A stretch of DNA of 64,000 bases from Sporomusaceae bacterium (GCA_029265905.1 JAJUGR010000005.1:68753-132752), one strand, 5' to 3'. Counted from the first letter of the stretch, positions 1 to 12,074 are shown. A program made the numbers and translations. Notes: generated by a model not told the origin, from the sequence alone.

Positions 1-1
1 G

Positions 2-1483
2 GCCGATATTTCTCCGGCAATGGTGACCCGCATTGAAGAGCGGCGGCACGAGCTGCCCGGCGTTGTGATTGAAATCCAACCGGTTCGTGCGTATAACTAC
101 AACGAACTGGCGGCGCATGTTTTCGGCTATGTCGGTGAAATCAACGAACGGGAGCTGGCCGAAGCGAAGGATAAAAACTATCGAGCGGGCACACTGATTG
201 GAAAAATGGGGCTGGAGAAGCTCTATGACCAGCAACTCAGAGGGGTTGATGGCGGTGACCGCGTCGAAGTGGACGTAGCCGGTCGCATCGTGCATGACCT
301 TGGCCGGCGGGAACCGATTCCGGGCAACAACCTTATGCTGACGATTGATTATGAATTGCAGGTGGCAACCGAAAAAGCGGTTGACGAGCACCTTGCCTAT
401 ATTCGGGCTGCCGGCGGCAGCCCGAACGCTTACGGCGCTTCTGTCGTGGCACTGGACCCGCGTAATGGGGCAGTGCTGGCTATGGTAAGCCGTCCGGCGT
501 ACAACCCGAATCTTTTCGCCACAGGCATATCGGTCAGCGAGTGGAAAAAAATCAATGACAATCCCTATCATCCTATGGATAACAAGGCGATTGGCGGCGA
601 ATATCCCCCCGGCTCGACCTTTAAGATCGTCACCGGCCTTGCCGCGCTTGAAACGGGCAAGGTGACGCCTGAGGAAAAAATCTTTGACTCCGGCACGCAT
701 TGGCTTGTCCCGAAGGGCAATGCCGACGGCGAAGCGCTGGGCTGGCTGAACTTTTACGACGCTCTGGCAAAATCGGACAACGTGTATTTTTATGAAATGG
801 GCAATCGGCTTGGCATAGATTTGCTGGAGCAGTATGCGCGCGAGTTTGGGTTTGGCGCCTTGACCGGCATCAACCTGCCGGACGAGGCGGAGGGACTTGT
901 CGCCAGTCGCAAATACAAGGAAAAAGTGTACCAGGAAGACTGGTACTTGGCAGAAACCTTTGATGCTGCCATCGGCCAGGGTTTCCAGTTGGCGACTCCC
1001 TTGCAGGTTGCGGTGATGATGAGCTCAATAGCTAACGGCGGCATCCGTTACCAGCCGTACTTGATCGACCGGATCGTATCCGATCAGGGCAAAGAAATAC
1101 AGGTTTTCAAGCCGCGCGAGTTAGGGCGGTTGCCGTTTAAGGCCGATTATATCAAACTGGTGCAGCAGTCTTTGCGCGGCGTAGCGCTGGAAGGCGGCAC
1201 CGCGGCCCAATTGGCAAAGTTCCCAATCCCCTTGGCGGGCAAGACCGGCACGGCGGAAAATTCGCACGGGAAAGATCATGGCTGGTTTGTCTGCTATGCT
1301 CCGTTTGATAATCCGGAAATTGTTGTGGTGGTTATGGTAGAGCAGGGCGGGTATGGCACGACGGCCGCCGTGCCGATTGCGCAAAAAGTGCTGGAAACAG
1401 CCTTCCATATTGGTCCATCTTCCGCCCCCGGCGCAAAATCCGCCGTGCCTGCGCCAGCGGCAGCGCCAAAAAAATATAATTAG
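2..1483 (+). CDS. mrdA: Penicillin-binding protein 2 (class B transpeptidase), 5'-truncated by window edge
   Basis: PPGSTFK (SxxK), SDN (SxN) and KTGT motifs; frame is open from the window start; precedes minCDE-rodA. Confidence 0.93.
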   Translation, partial: ADISPAMVTRIEERRHELPGVVIEIQPVRAYNYNELAAHVFGYVGEINERELAEAKDKNYRAGTLIGKMGLEKLYDQQLRGVDGGDRVEVDVAGRIVHDLGRREPIPGNNLMLTIDYELQVATEKAVDEHLAYIRAAGGSPNAYGASVVALDPRNGAVLAMVSRPAYNPNLFATGISVSEWKKINDNPYHPMDNKAIGGEYPPGSTFKIVTGLAALETGKVTPEEKIFDSGTHWLVPKGNADGEALGWLNFYDALAKSDNVYFYEMGNRLGIDLLEQYAREFGFGALTGINLPDEAEGLVASRKYKEKVYQEDWYLAETFDAAIGQGFQLATPLQVAVMMSSIANGGIRYQPYLIDRIVSDQGKEIQVFKPRELGRLPFKADYIKLVQQSLRGVALEGGTAAQLAKFPIPLAGKTGTAENSHGKDHGWFVCYAPFDNPEIVVVVMVEQGGYGTTAAVPIAQKVLETAFHIGPSSAPGAKSAVPAPAAAPKKYN

Positions 1484-1486
1484 GGC

Positions 1487-1511
1487 AGGATTTTACCAAT
1501 TAGAAGCGAAC
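1487..1511 (+). promoter_or_regulatory. Putative sigma-H-type promoter upstream of minC
   Basis: AGGATTT-14 nt-GAAC, close to Firmicute SigH consensus AGGAnnT-N14-GAAT. Confidence 0.5.
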
Positions 1512-1556
1512 TAGAAAAAGGTGTTTTAAGTTTCGCATGAAATGGGAGATTGTAAG

Positions 1557-2216
1557 ATGGCGCACGATGTTTTGATCAAAGGGAACCGCTATGGTTTGGA
1601 GTTGATTGTAGATGCCGTCGGTGAGTTTGCCGAACTGCTGCAAGCCGTGGAGAAAAAGCTGACCTCGGCATCGGAGTTTTTCGCCAAGGCGCCAACGCCG
1701 CCGTTGATTTGCCTAAAAGGGCAGGCGCTGCTGTCGGCGGAACAAAAGACGGCGCTTGGCGAACTGCTGCAGCGGTATGGCCTTTGCCTGGAAGAACGGG
1801 TTGAGCCGGTGCGGGAAAGGGAGCAACCGCGGACGGCGGCGCCCGCATATGAAATACCGGCGTTTTTGTCTGGCGGGGAAGCGGTGGAACGGCCTACCTT
1901 GTTTGTATACAAGACGTTGCGCGGCGGGCAGGAAATCCGCTATCACGGAAGCGTTGTTGTTTTGGGGGACGTGAATCCCGGCGCCCGGATTTTCGCCGAA
2001 GGCGACATTTTGGTGACCGGTAGCACGCGCGGCGTGCTCCATGCAGGCGTCCTGGGTGACGAAAATACAGTGATAACCGCCGGCCGGCTGGCCGGCGGGC
2101 AAGTCCGAATCGCCGGCTGCATCGCCCGGGCTCCGGACCAGGAAGAAAACACGCAGGGACCGGAACGTGCTCGCGTTAGTGGCGATCAAATTGTCATTCA
2201 AACGGTCAATCGATAA
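1557..2216 (+). CDS. minC: Septum site-determining protein MinC
   Basis: TLRGGQEI...VVVLGDVNPGA...GVLHAG beta-helix; ATG 1557 after GGGAG. Confidence 0.93.
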   Translation: MAHDVLIKGNRYGLELIVDAVGEFAELLQAVEKKLTSASEFFAKAPTPPLICLKGQALLSAEQKTALGELLQRYGLCLEERVEPVREREQPRTAAPAYEIPAFLSGGEAVERPTLFVYKTLRGGQEIRYHGSVVVLGDVNPGARIFAEGDILVTGSTRGVLHAGVLGDENTVITAGRLAGGQVRIAGCIARAPDQEENTQGPERARVSGDQIVIQTVNR

Positions 2217-2233
2217 TGAGGGGGACAACGACA

Positions 2234-3025
2234 ATGGGTGAAGTCATCGTAATAACCTCAGGCAAGGGCGGCGTTGGCAAGACGACAACGACCGCGAACA
2301 TTGGAACCGGGCTGGCGTTGCTGGGCAAAAACGTGGCGATCGTTGACGCCGACATTGGTTTGCGCAATCTCGATGTGGTCATGGGGCTTGAAAACCGCAT
2401 CGTCTATGACCTTGTGGATGTTGCAGAGGGGAATTGCCGTTTGAAGCAGGCGCTCATTCGCGACAAGCGGTATCCGACGCTGCACCTGTTGCCCGCAGCC
2501 CAAACGCGTGATAAAAATGCCGTGTCGCCTGAACAGATGAAAGTGCTGTGCGAAGAATTAAAGCAAGAGTTTGACTTTGTGCTGATTGACTGCCCGGCTG
2601 GTATCGAGCAAGGCTTTAAAAACGCCGTCGCGGGCGCCGATCGCGCCATTGTAGTGACGACGCCGGAGGTCTCAGCCGTCCGTGACGCGGACCGCATCAT
2701 CGGCTTGTTGTATGCTGAAGGGCTGACTGCGCCCAAATTGATTGTCAACCGCATACGCCAGCACATGGTGAAAAAAGGCGATATGATGAACATTGACGAC
2801 ATTGTCGATATTTTGGCCATTGATCTAATCGGGATTGTCCCGGATGATGAGTATATCGTTGTTTCCACCAACCGCGGCGAACCGGCCGTTGCCAGCGCCG
2901 ACTCGCAGGCGGGGAAAGCCTACCAAAATATCGTGCAGCGCCTGATGGGGGCCGAGGTGCCGTTTCTGAACCTCGATGAGCCCCAAAACTTCTGGGGCCG
3001 CATGAAGAAAATTTTTGCTCGTTAG
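2234..3025 (+). CDS. minD: Septum site-determining ATPase MinD
   Basis: SGKGGVGKTT deviant Walker A, DIGLRNLD, C-terminal amphipathic helix. Confidence 0.97.
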   Translation: MGEVIVITSGKGGVGKTTTTANIGTGLALLGKNVAIVDADIGLRNLDVVMGLENRIVYDLVDVAEGNCRLKQALIRDKRYPTLHLLPAAQTRDKNAVSPEQMKVLCEELKQEFDFVLIDCPAGIEQGFKNAVAGADRAIVVTTPEVSAVRDADRIIGLLYAEGLTAPKLIVNRIRQHMVKKGDMMNIDDIVDILAIDLIGIVPDDEYIVVSTNRGEPAVASADSQAGKAYQNIVQRLMGAEVPFLNLDEPQNFWGRMKKIFAR

Positions 3026-3045
3026 TATAGAAAGGGGGCGTCCTG

Positions 3046-3333
3046 GTGCTGGACTTATTCCGGAAGCTGTTTGGCGATAAAAGCGCAAGCTCCAAAGAGG
3101 TGGCGAAGGAACGGCTGCGGCTCGTGCTCGTGCATGACCGCGTCAACGTTACGCCGGAACACATGGAAGCGCTTCGCAACGACTTGATCCGTGTGATATC
3201 AAGTTATCTGGAAATTAATGAAGAAGAGATGGAAATCAGCTTGGAGAAAAACGATTCTTCCGTCGCTTTGGTAGCTAATATTCCCGTCAACAAAGTGAAG
3301 CGCGGCGAGCCGCAGGCCAGGGTAAGATGCTGA
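3046..3333 (+). CDS. minE: Cell division topological specificity factor MinE
   Basis: AKERLRLVLVHDR and ANIPV motifs; follows minD. Confidence 0.95.
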   Translation: MLDLFRKLFGDKSASSKEVAKERLRLVLVHDRVNVTPEHMEALRNDLIRVISSYLEINEEEMEISLEKNDSSVALVANIPVNKVKRGEPQARVRC

Positions 3334-4433
3334 CAAACCGACTGCTTCGCAGCCTCGATTACACGTTAATCGGGGCAACATTATTATTGCTTGCCATTAG
3401 CCTTGTTATGATCGGCAGCGCAACGCATATCAATACGGCCTCGGAAGACCGTTATTGGTATCTGCAGCGCCAGGGCCTGTTTGCTTTGCTGAATATTGTC
3501 GTGCTGGTGGTCTCTTTGTATTGGGATTACCAGCAGCTGGCCCGTATGGCCAAGGGGCTGTATGTCGTCAACCTGATTTTATTGCTGGCGGTTATGTTTG
3601 TGGGGCATTCCGCGCTGGGTGCCCAGCGTTGGATTCAGATCGGCCCCGTCAGTCTGCAGCCATCGGAGTTTTCCAAGCTGATTATGATTATTTCATTGGC
3701 GCAGATGCTTGACGAGAGAAAAGACCGGCTGCAAACGTGGCGCGATCTGGTGCCGATCTTCGCCTATGTCGGCGTGCCGTTCCTGCTGGTTATGAAGCAA
3801 CCGGATTTGGGCACTTCGCTCGTCTTTTTAGCGATCTTATTCGGCATGCTTTACGTAGCGGGCATCAATCAGCGCCTGCTTTTTTCGATTTTTGGCGCCG
3901 GCGTCGCGGCTATGCCGCTTTTTTGGCATGTTTTAAAGGATTACCAAAAACAGCGTCTGACGGTTTTCATTGATCCCGGGGCCGATCCGCTGGGGTCCGG
4001 ATACCATATCATTCAATCCAAGATTGCGATTGGCTCCGGCATGCTGACCGGAAAGGGCCTGTTTGAGGGGACGCAAAGCCAACTGAAGTTTTTGCCGGAG
4101 AACCACACTGATTTTATTTTCGCCGTTATCGGCGAGGAGTTGGGCTTCATCGGTTGCCTGTTGGTTTTGACGGTCTTTTTTGTGTTGATCTATCGCAGCT
4201 TGCAGATCGCCTTGGGGGCACGTGATGATTTTGGTTGTCTATTGGCAGCCGGAATTGTTTCCATGCTGACTTTCCACGTGCTGGTCAATGTTGGCATGAC
4301 GGCCGGCATCATGCCGGTTACGGGCATTCCGCTGCCCTTTATCAGCTATGGCGTCAGCTCGCTGACGACAAACATGCTGAGTATTGCCTTGCTGTTAAAC
4401 ATTTACGTGCGGAGACAAAAACTATTTTTCTAA
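3327..4433 (+). CDS. rodA: Rod shape-determining SEDS protein RodA
   Basis: QPSEFSK, QPDLGT, PENHTDFIF, GIPLPFISYG. Confidence 0.94.
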   Translation: MLTNRLLRSLDYTLIGATLLLLAISLVMIGSATHINTASEDRYWYLQRQGLFALLNIVVLVVSLYWDYQQLARMAKGLYVVNLILLLAVMFVGHSALGAQRWIQIGPVSLQPSEFSKLIMIISLAQMLDERKDRLQTWRDLVPIFAYVGVPFLLVMKQPDLGTSLVFLAILFGMLYVAGINQRLLFSIFGAGVAAMPLFWHVLKDYQKQRLTVFIDPGADPLGSGYHIIQSKIAIGSGMLTGKGLFEGTQSQLKFLPENHTDFIFAVIGEELGFIGCLLVLTVFFVLIYRSLQIALGARDDFGCLLAAGIVSMLTFHVLVNVGMTAGIMPVTGIPLPFISYGVSSLTTNMLSIALLLNIYVRRQKLFF

Positions 4434-4451
4434 AGTAACCAAGGAGGAAAC

Positions 4452-6344
4452 ATGGCTGGAAAGATTCAACCGGAACAACTTATGCGGGTCGAACGGCCTG
4501 TCCGCTATACGGGAAATGAGTACGGGCAGGTAATCAAAGACGCGGACGCGGTCAAAGTCCGCGTGGCCCTTGCTTTTCCGGACGTTTACGAAGTCGGCAT
4601 GAGTTACCTGGGCTATAAGATTCTCTACCACTTGCTGAACAAAGAGGACGATATCTGGGCGGAGCGGACCTACGCCCCGTGGCCGGACATGGAAAAAGAG
4701 ATGCGCCAGCTTGGCGCGCCGCTAGTTGCCCTGGAGAGCAAGTCGCCCCTGGCATCCTTCGATTTGCTGGGGTTCACCCTGCAATACGAGCTTTCTTACA
4801 CCAACATCATCAACATGCTCGACCTGGGTGGCGTGACGCTGCTGGCAAAGGACAGGGGCTTGGCGGAGCCCATTGTTATCGGTGGCGGCCCGTGCGTATT
4901 CAACCCGGAACCGCTGGCCGACTTTTTTGACGTTTTTTTGATCGGCGAGGGCGAGGATCTGCTCGTGGAGGCCGCCCGAGTTGTCGGCAACTGGAAGGCG
5001 GCAGGAAAACCAGGCGGAAGACACGGGGTGCTCCTGGAATTAGCCAAGTTGGACGGCTTGTATGTTCCCGCTTTCTATGAGGTAAGCTATGGCGCCGACG
5101 GACGGTTTGAAGCAATTGCCCCAAAACAGGAAACAGCCCGCCTGCCGATTACTAAGCGCGTGGTGGCGGATTTGAACGCTGTTGATTATCCGACTGCCCC
5201 GATCGTGCCGTTTGGCGAGATCGTCCATGACCGCATGATGCTGGAGGTGTTTCGGGGCTGCACGCGCGGCTGCCGCTTCTGTCATGCGGGCGTCATAACT
5301 CGTCCGGTCAGAGAGCGAAAACCGGAGCTGTTAAAAGAACTGGCCAGAAAGCTTGCTGATTCAACCGGCTACAACGAAATTTCGCTGTTTTCTCTGAGCA
5401 CGGCTGATTATTCCTGCCTGGCGCCGCTGATAACGGACCTTATCGATGAATATAAAAACGACCGTATCAGTGTTTCGCTGCCATCGCTGCGCCTGGACAG
5501 CTTTTCGATTGACTTGGCCAAGCAGGTGCAGGCGGTGCGAAAAAGCGGCCTGACCTTTGCGCCGGAAGCCGGCACCCAGAGGATGCGGAATGTGATCAAC
5601 AAAGGCGTCACCGAAAAAAATCTGGATGATGCGGTTGAGGCCGCGTTTAAGGCGGGCTGGTCGCAGGTCAAATTGTATTTCATGATCGGCTTGCCGACGG
5701 AAACCGATGAGGACATCCATGGTATTGCCGACATGGCTTACCGCGTTGTTGACAAATACCGCGAAGTCATGGGGCGGCGTGGCGCAAAAGTAACGGTCAG
5801 CGTGTCCTCGTTTGTCCCCAAACCGCACACGCCCTTTCAGTGGATGCCGCAAAATTCAATGGAAGAGATTGCCCGGAAACAGGCGATTTTGCGCCAGCGC
5901 TTGAGAAGCCGTGATGTTACCTTGCAATACCACGATGCCACTACCAGCCGCTTAGAGGGTGTTTTTGCGCGCGGCGACAGGCGCCTCGGCGCCGTTTTGC
6001 TGGCCGCCTGGGAAGCTGGCGCCAAGTTTGACGGCTGGTCGGAGTATTTCGATTATGATCGCTGGGCGCGGGTGTTCGCCGAGCAAGGGGTTGATATGGA
6101 TTTTTATGCCGGCCGGGAGCGCGGCCAAGCGGAGCCGTTTGCGTGGGAGCACCTGGATACTGGTGTGAGCCGAGCTTTTTTGTGGCATGAATACGAAAAA
6201 GCGCAACGCGGGGAATTGACGGCAGATTGTCGGCATGGCGACTGCACGGGGTGCGGTGTTTGTCCGAAGTTAGGAGTGAAAGTAATTGACTGGAGCGAAA
6301 AACATGCAGCCGATCAGGCTAAGAATGTGCCTGTCCAAGGATGA
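4452..6344 (+). CDS. B12-binding radical SAM protein (TIGR03960-like)
   Basis: FPDVYEVGMS, RGCTRGCRFC (CxxxCxxC), C-terminal Cys cluster; conserved position before rng. Confidence 0.88.
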   Translation: MAGKIQPEQLMRVERPVRYTGNEYGQVIKDADAVKVRVALAFPDVYEVGMSYLGYKILYHLLNKEDDIWAERTYAPWPDMEKEMRQLGAPLVALESKSPLASFDLLGFTLQYELSYTNIINMLDLGGVTLLAKDRGLAEPIVIGGGPCVFNPEPLADFFDVFLIGEGEDLLVEAARVVGNWKAAGKPGGRHGVLLELAKLDGLYVPAFYEVSYGADGRFEAIAPKQETARLPITKRVVADLNAVDYPTAPIVPFGEIVHDRMMLEVFRGCTRGCRFCHAGVITRPVRERKPELLKELARKLADSTGYNEISLFSLSTADYSCLAPLITDLIDEYKNDRISVSLPSLRLDSFSIDLAKQVQAVRKSGLTFAPEAGTQRMRNVINKGVTEKNLDDAVEAAFKAGWSQVKLYFMIGLPTETDEDIHGIADMAYRVVDKYREVMGRRGAKVTVSVSSFVPKPHTPFQWMPQNSMEEIARKQAILRQRLRSRDVTLQYHDATTSRLEGVFARGDRRLGAVLLAAWEAGAKFDGWSEYFDYDRWARVFAEQGVDMDFYAGRERGQAEPFAWEHLDTGVSRAFLWHEYEKAQRGELTADCRHGDCTGCGVCPKLGVKVIDWSEKHAADQAKNVPVQG

Positions 6345-7008
6345 GTCGATCCGCTTTGTTTCCCACCTTGAATACGCGAAGGCCCTAGAGCGGGCGTTGC
6401 GGCGGGCCAAATTGCCGGCTGCCTACTCGGAGGGCTTCAACCCGCATATGAAATTGTCGTTGGCATCGGCGCTGGCGGTCGGCACAACCAGCCGCAATGA
6501 ATACGCCGAAGTGGAATTGACGGAAAAACGGCCGCTGGCGGAATTGGCAGGGGCTTTGTCTAAGGCGCTGCCGCCCGGGATGCGCCTTATAAAAGCCCTG
6601 CTGGTGGAAGGCCCGGCGCCGAAACTGATGGCTGTGGTGGCAGGCGCGTCTTACCTGATCAGCCTCCCGTTTGACGGCGATCCGGTTGTGCTGAAGCAGC
6701 AGATCGAGGCCTTTATGGCCATGCCGTCGTTTCCGTACGAAAAACGCTCCCCAAAGGGGAAACCCGCAAAACAGCTTGACTTGCGGGCGCTGATTCGCCA
6801 AATGAGCGCGACGGTTGATGAAGCTGGCATGGCGTCAATCGCCCTGTCGATCGCCATGCCGCCGGCCGGCACGATCAAGCCGCTTGAGGCCCTGCAGGCC
6901 TTGCAGGAACATTTCCAATGGTCCTTGCCGTTGGAGCGGGCGCTGGTTGAGCGGGTTGCGCTGTACGAGAATCAGCAAGGCGGCTGGCGGCCGTTGCTTG
7001 GGGGATAG
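6304..7008 (+). CDS. Radical SAM-linked protein (TIGR03936/DUF2344-like)
   Basis: RFVSHLE...AYSEGFNPH motif; partner of the upstream radical SAM gene. Confidence 0.87.
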   Translation: MQPIRLRMCLSKDESIRFVSHLEYAKALERALRRAKLPAAYSEGFNPHMKLSLASALAVGTTSRNEYAEVELTEKRPLAELAGALSKALPPGMRLIKALLVEGPAPKLMAVVAGASYLISLPFDGDPVVLKQQIEAFMAMPSFPYEKRSPKGKPAKQLDLRALIRQMSATVDEAGMASIALSIAMPPAGTIKPLEALQALQEHFQWSLPLERALVERVALYENQQGGWRPLLGG

Positions 7009-7011
7009 AAT

Positions 7012-8421
7012 ATGGGAAAGTCACTGTTGCTGCTAGATGCCGGCGAGGAGGAAACACAGCTGGCCATTGTTAAAGATGGCCGGCTGGATGAATTCATCGT
7101 CGAAAAAAGCCAAATGACAACCTTTGTCGGCAGCGTGTTTAAAGGCCGCGTGCGCAATGTGCGGCCGGGCATGCAAGCAGCTTTTGTCGACATCGGCCTG
7201 GAGCGGGCCGCTTACTTGCCGATCAGCGCTCAGGATGCGCCTGTGACGGAAGGCCAGATGGTTCTGGTGCAAATCGAGAAGGATCCGGTCGGGACAAAGG
7301 GGCCGCGCGCGACGCGAAAGATTAGCCTGCCCGGCAGCTTCGTCGTTTGGATGCCGGACACGGATTATGTCGGGGTGTCGCACCGGATTACGCCGGATTC
7401 GTTGCGCGAAAAATTGCGCCAAACGGTTGAGCGGCTACGGCCGCCGGGCGTGGGGCTGATTGTGCGAACGGCGGCACAGGAGGCTGACGCGGATGACCTG
7501 GCGCAGGATATCGATCATTTGTCCCTGAATTGGCAAACCTTGTTGCTGCGAGCCGCGCATGCAACGCAGCCCGGTTTGCTGTACCGCGAATATGATTTGC
7601 CGATTCGCATGGTCCGGGATTATTTGTCGGATCAGGTGGAGTCGGTTTTGATCAACGGCGAGTCGGCCTACCAGCGCGTCAGGGAAATTGCAACGGAGCG
7701 TTCGCCCCAGCTTGCCGAACGCATTGCGCTTTACCGCGGCAAGGAGCCGCTTTTCCAGCATTACGGGGTCGAAGACGATATCGCCGCGCTTGGCTCGCGG
7801 CGGGTCGAGCTGCCGTGCGGCGGCTACCTGGTGATTGATGGAACTGAAGCGTTGACGGTTGTTGACGTCAATACCGGCAAATATACGGGCGAGACGTCCT
7901 TGGCGGAAACGGCTTTTTTAACGAACTGTCAAGCCGCAGTAGAAATTGGCCGCCAGGTTCGGTTGCGTGACATAGGCGGCATCGTGGTGGTTGATTTTAT
8001 CGACCTCCATGATAATAAAAACCGCGAAACAGTACTTAAACTTTTGGAACAGGCTTTTTCCGGTGATCGGATGAAAGCCCGGGTGCTGGGCTGGACGCCG
8101 GCCGGCCTGGTTGAAATCAACCGCAAGAAATCGCGGCGCAGCGCTGCCACCATTTTGTACGACGCCTGCCCCACTTGCCAGGGAACCGGGAAAATCACCG
8201 CCGCCGCCAAGACGGCGCAGCAGATTCGTCAATTAGTTGCGCAAAGGGGGCGGGAGATGCCCGGACAGGCGTTATTGCTGGAGGTGCATCCGCGCATGTC
8301 CGCTCTGCTTGATAGACGCACGCTGGCCGAGTGGGAAAGCCAATATGCGGTCCGCTTGCGGATGCAAACCAGCGCGGCCCTGCATCCGGAAGCGTTTTCC
8401 GTGCTGTGGGATCGGCATTAG
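7012..8421 (+). CDS. rng: Ribonuclease E/G family protein
   Basis: GMQAAFVDIG S1 domain, VDVNTG, IGGIVVVDFID, CPTC Zn-link. Confidence 0.9.
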   Translation: MGKSLLLLDAGEEETQLAIVKDGRLDEFIVEKSQMTTFVGSVFKGRVRNVRPGMQAAFVDIGLERAAYLPISAQDAPVTEGQMVLVQIEKDPVGTKGPRATRKISLPGSFVVWMPDTDYVGVSHRITPDSLREKLRQTVERLRPPGVGLIVRTAAQEADADDLAQDIDHLSLNWQTLLLRAAHATQPGLLYREYDLPIRMVRDYLSDQVESVLINGESAYQRVREIATERSPQLAERIALYRGKEPLFQHYGVEDDIAALGSRRVELPCGGYLVIDGTEALTVVDVNTGKYTGETSLAETAFLTNCQAAVEIGRQVRLRDIGGIVVVDFIDLHDNKNRETVLKLLEQAFSGDRMKARVLGWTPAGLVEINRKKSRRSAATILYDACPTCQGTGKITAAAKTAQQIRQLVAQRGREMPGQALLLEVHPRMSALLDRRTLAEWESQYAVRLRMQTSAALHPEAFSVLWDRH

Positions 8422-8423
8422 CG

Positions 8424-8452
8424 TTGACAGTTCCTGCTTCCTATGATATACT
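8424..8452 (+). promoter_or_regulatory. Sigma-A promoter of the rplU operon
   Basis: TTGACA-17-TATACT with extended TG. Confidence 0.85.
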
Positions 8453-8459
8453 ACTTTAG

Positions 8460-8540
8460 CATGGGACTGTGTTCCATCCCGAACCGCACGGTTCCGGTAG
8501 GAAAAGCCCGTAGGGGCTACCGCGCTCCGGCGAGTCTATA
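8460..8540 (+). ncRNA. L21 ribosomal protein leader RNA
   Basis: ACCGCAC...GGCGAGTC flanking a hairpin in the rplU 5' UTR. Confidence 0.7.
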
Positions 8541-8558
8541 TGAGGGAGGTGTAATTAG

Positions 8559-8870
8559 ATGTACGCAATTATTCAAACTGGCGGCAAGCAATACCGTGTT
8601 GCTGAGGGCGATACGCTCAACGTGGAAAAGCTCGTTGCTGAAGAAGGTGCTGTAGTCACTTTTGACCAAGTGTTGACGGTTGTTGATGCCGCTGACGTGA
8701 AAGTTGGCCGTCCGCTCGTTGATGGCGCGAAAGTTACTGCGAAGGTCGTGGCACACGGCAAAGGTGAGAAGATTTATGTTTTCAAATACAAAGCAAAATC
8801 CAACTACCGTCGTCGCCAAGGCCATCGCCAACCGTACACTGAAGTTTTGATCGAAAAGATCGAAGCGTAA
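8559..8870 (+). CDS. rplU: 50S ribosomal protein L21
   Basis: [14 protein letters not shown]...GHRQPYT. Confidence 0.98.
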   Translation: MYAIIQTGGKQYRVAEGDTLNVEKLVAEEGAVVTFDQVLTVVDAADVKVGRPLVDGAKVTAKVVAHGKGEKIYVFKYKAKSNYRRRQGHRQPYTEVLIEKIEA

Positions 8871-8875
8871 TCAGC

Positions 8876-9196
8876 ATGGTAACGGTTAAATTAACGCGCA
8901 ATCAGGCTAGCCAGGTCGTCGCTGTGGCGGTGACGGGTCATGCTGATTACGCGCCTCGTGGTGAGGACATTGTTTGTGCCGCCGTGTCTGTATTGACGCA
9001 AACGGCGCTGCTCGGGCTGCTCCGTTATGCGGTGCATCCGGTGCAGTATAAAATGAAGTCGGGCCGCCTGTCGTTGCAGCTTGAAAAAGAGCCGACCGAC
9101 GTTACCGACACCATTTTGGAAACAATGGCAATGGGGTTAGAAGAAATTGCCCGGAATTATCCGGATCGTGTTCAAATTCAAGAACACAGGAGGTGA
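8876..9196 (+). CDS. prp: Ribosomal processing cysteine protease Prp (YsxB)
   Basis: GHA...DIVCAAVS catalytic His/Cys; lies between rplU and rpmA. Confidence 0.93.
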   Translation: MVTVKLTRNQASQVVAVAVTGHADYAPRGEDIVCAAVSVLTQTALLGLLRYAVHPVQYKMKSGRLSLQLEKEPTDVTDTILETMAMGLEEIARNYPDRVQIQEHRR

Positions 9197-9492
9197 AAAA
9201 CGTGTTCCGTTTTGACTTGCAATTATTTGCACATAAAAAAGGTGTTGGCAGCTCCCGCAACGGCCGTGACAGCCATTCCAAGCGCCTTGGCGTAAAACGG
9301 CAGTCCGGTGAAGTGGTTACCGCTGGCAGCATCCTCGTTCGTCAACGTGGTACCCATTTCCATCCAGGGGCAAATGTGGGTATTGGCAAAGATGATACCT
9401 TGTTTGCAAAGATCGCCGGCCGGGTTGCGTTTGAGCGTAAAGGCCGCGAAGATCGTCAAATTAGCGTATATCCTGCAGAAACGGCTATTTAA
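9193..9492 (+). CDS. rpmA: 50S ribosomal protein L27 with cleavable N-terminal extension
   Basis: FDLQLF|[15 protein letters not shown]. Confidence 0.98.
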   Translation: MKNVFRFDLQLFAHKKGVGSSRNGRDSHSKRLGVKRQSGEVVTAGSILVRQRGTHFHPGANVGIGKDDTLFAKIAGRVAFERKGREDRQISVYPAETAI

Positions 9493-9506
9493 TTGTTCTA
9501 GCCGCG

Positions 9507-9537
9507 AAGCCCGCGATTCTGATCGCGGGCTTTTTTT
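9507..9537 (+). terminator. Intrinsic terminator after rpmA
   Basis: AGCCCGCGAT-tctg-ATCGCGGGCT followed by T-run. Confidence 0.85.
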
Positions 9538-9598
9538 CTAGTTGGAAATAGACAAACAGGATTTCATAATAAATGAAGCGAAGTATACTCTTTATTGA

Positions 9599-10909
<1,311 letters not shown>

Positions 10910-10946
10910 TGGTTGCAGCGACAGTTACTAGGTGGGGGGCGGACAC

Positions 10947-12074
10947 ATGTTGGAGCGAAGCACATTGGCGGAAGCAAAACGGGTAGTTGTTAAAGTGGGA
11001 ACGAGCACCTTGACCCACAGCACGGGCAAGCCGAACCTATTTCGCATAGAGCAGCTGGCCAAGGAGCTGGCCGATCTGGCTAACCAAGGCAAAGAGATCA
11101 TTCTCGTTTCATCCGGCGCGGTCGGGGCAGGCATGGACCGGCTCGGGCTGAAGGAGCGGCCAAAGACCATCCCTGAAAAGCAGGCGGCTGCCGCTGTTGG
11201 GCAGGGCTTGCTGATGCACATTTATGAAAAGGCGTTTTCCGAGTATGGGCAGGTTGTGGCGCAAGTTCTGCTGACCAGGGAAGATTCCGTCAACCGCAGC
11301 CGCTACGCCAATTCGCGCAACACCCTGCGGACCTTGCTGTCTCATGGCGTCATTCCGATCGTCAACGAAAATGATGCGGTTGCCATTGATGAACTGAAGA
11401 TCGGCGACAATGATACGCTGTCGGCGATGGTGGCCAATATTGTCGATGCTGACTTGCTGATTATCTTGTCCGACATTGACGGGCTGTATACGGCCAACCC
11501 CCAGACAGATCCGACCGCCACCCTGGTGCATGAGTTGGCGGACATTACCGAGGAAGTGGAAGCGTCTGCCGGCGGCGCTGGCACCACCCGCGGCACGGGC
11601 GGCATGTACACAAAAATCCAGGCGGCCAAGATGGTGATCAACTCCGGTATCGCCATGGTCATTGCTTCCGGACTGGAAAAAGACGCGATCCGCCGGGTCT
11701 TGCAAGGGGAAAAAATCGGCACCTTGTTTCTTTCGCGGGAAAACCGCCTGCAGTTCCGCAAGCGCTGGCTGGCCTTCGGTTCGCGGGTGAAGGGCTGCAT
11801 CCAAGTGGACGAGGGGTGCGAGCGGGCCATTGTCGAGCACGGCTCCAGCGTCTTGCCGGCCGGCGTTATCGCTGTGCAGGGAGATTTTGAAGAAGGCATG
11901 ACAGTAAGCATACTTTCCGCTTCCGGGCGGGAGATTGCGCGCGGCCTGGTCAATTATTCGGCGGCGGACGTCCAGCACATCCAGGGCGCTCATACGCATG
12001 AGATTGCCGACCTGCTGGGAACAAAACCGTACGATGAAGTGATTCACCGAGACAACTTAGTTTTACTTGTGTAG
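10947..12074 (+). CDS. proB: Glutamate 5-kinase
   Basis: VVKVGTS, NENDAV, GDNDTLSA, GTGGM, PUA domain. Confidence 0.96.
   Translation: MLERSTLAEAKRVVVKVGTSTLTHSTGKPNLFRIEQLAKELADLANQGKEIILVSSGAVGAGMDRLGLKERPKTIPEKQAAAAVGQGLLMHIYEKAFSEYGQVVAQVLLTREDSVNRSRYANSRNTLRTLLSHGVIPIVNENDAVAIDELKIGDNDTLSAMVANIVDADLLIILSDIDGLYTANPQTDPTATLVHELADITEEVEASAGGAGTTRGTGGMYTKIQAAKMVINSGIAMVIASGLEKDAIRRVLQGEKIGTLFLSRENRLQFRKRWLAFGSRVKGCIQVDEGCERAIVEHGSSVLPAGVIAVQGDFEEGMTVSILSASGREIARGLVNYSAADVQHIQGAHTHEIADLLGTKPYDEVIHRDNLVLLV

Noticed and set aside
8876-9492. L27 N-terminal extension with adjacent Prp protease
   Set aside because: Established Firmicute system.
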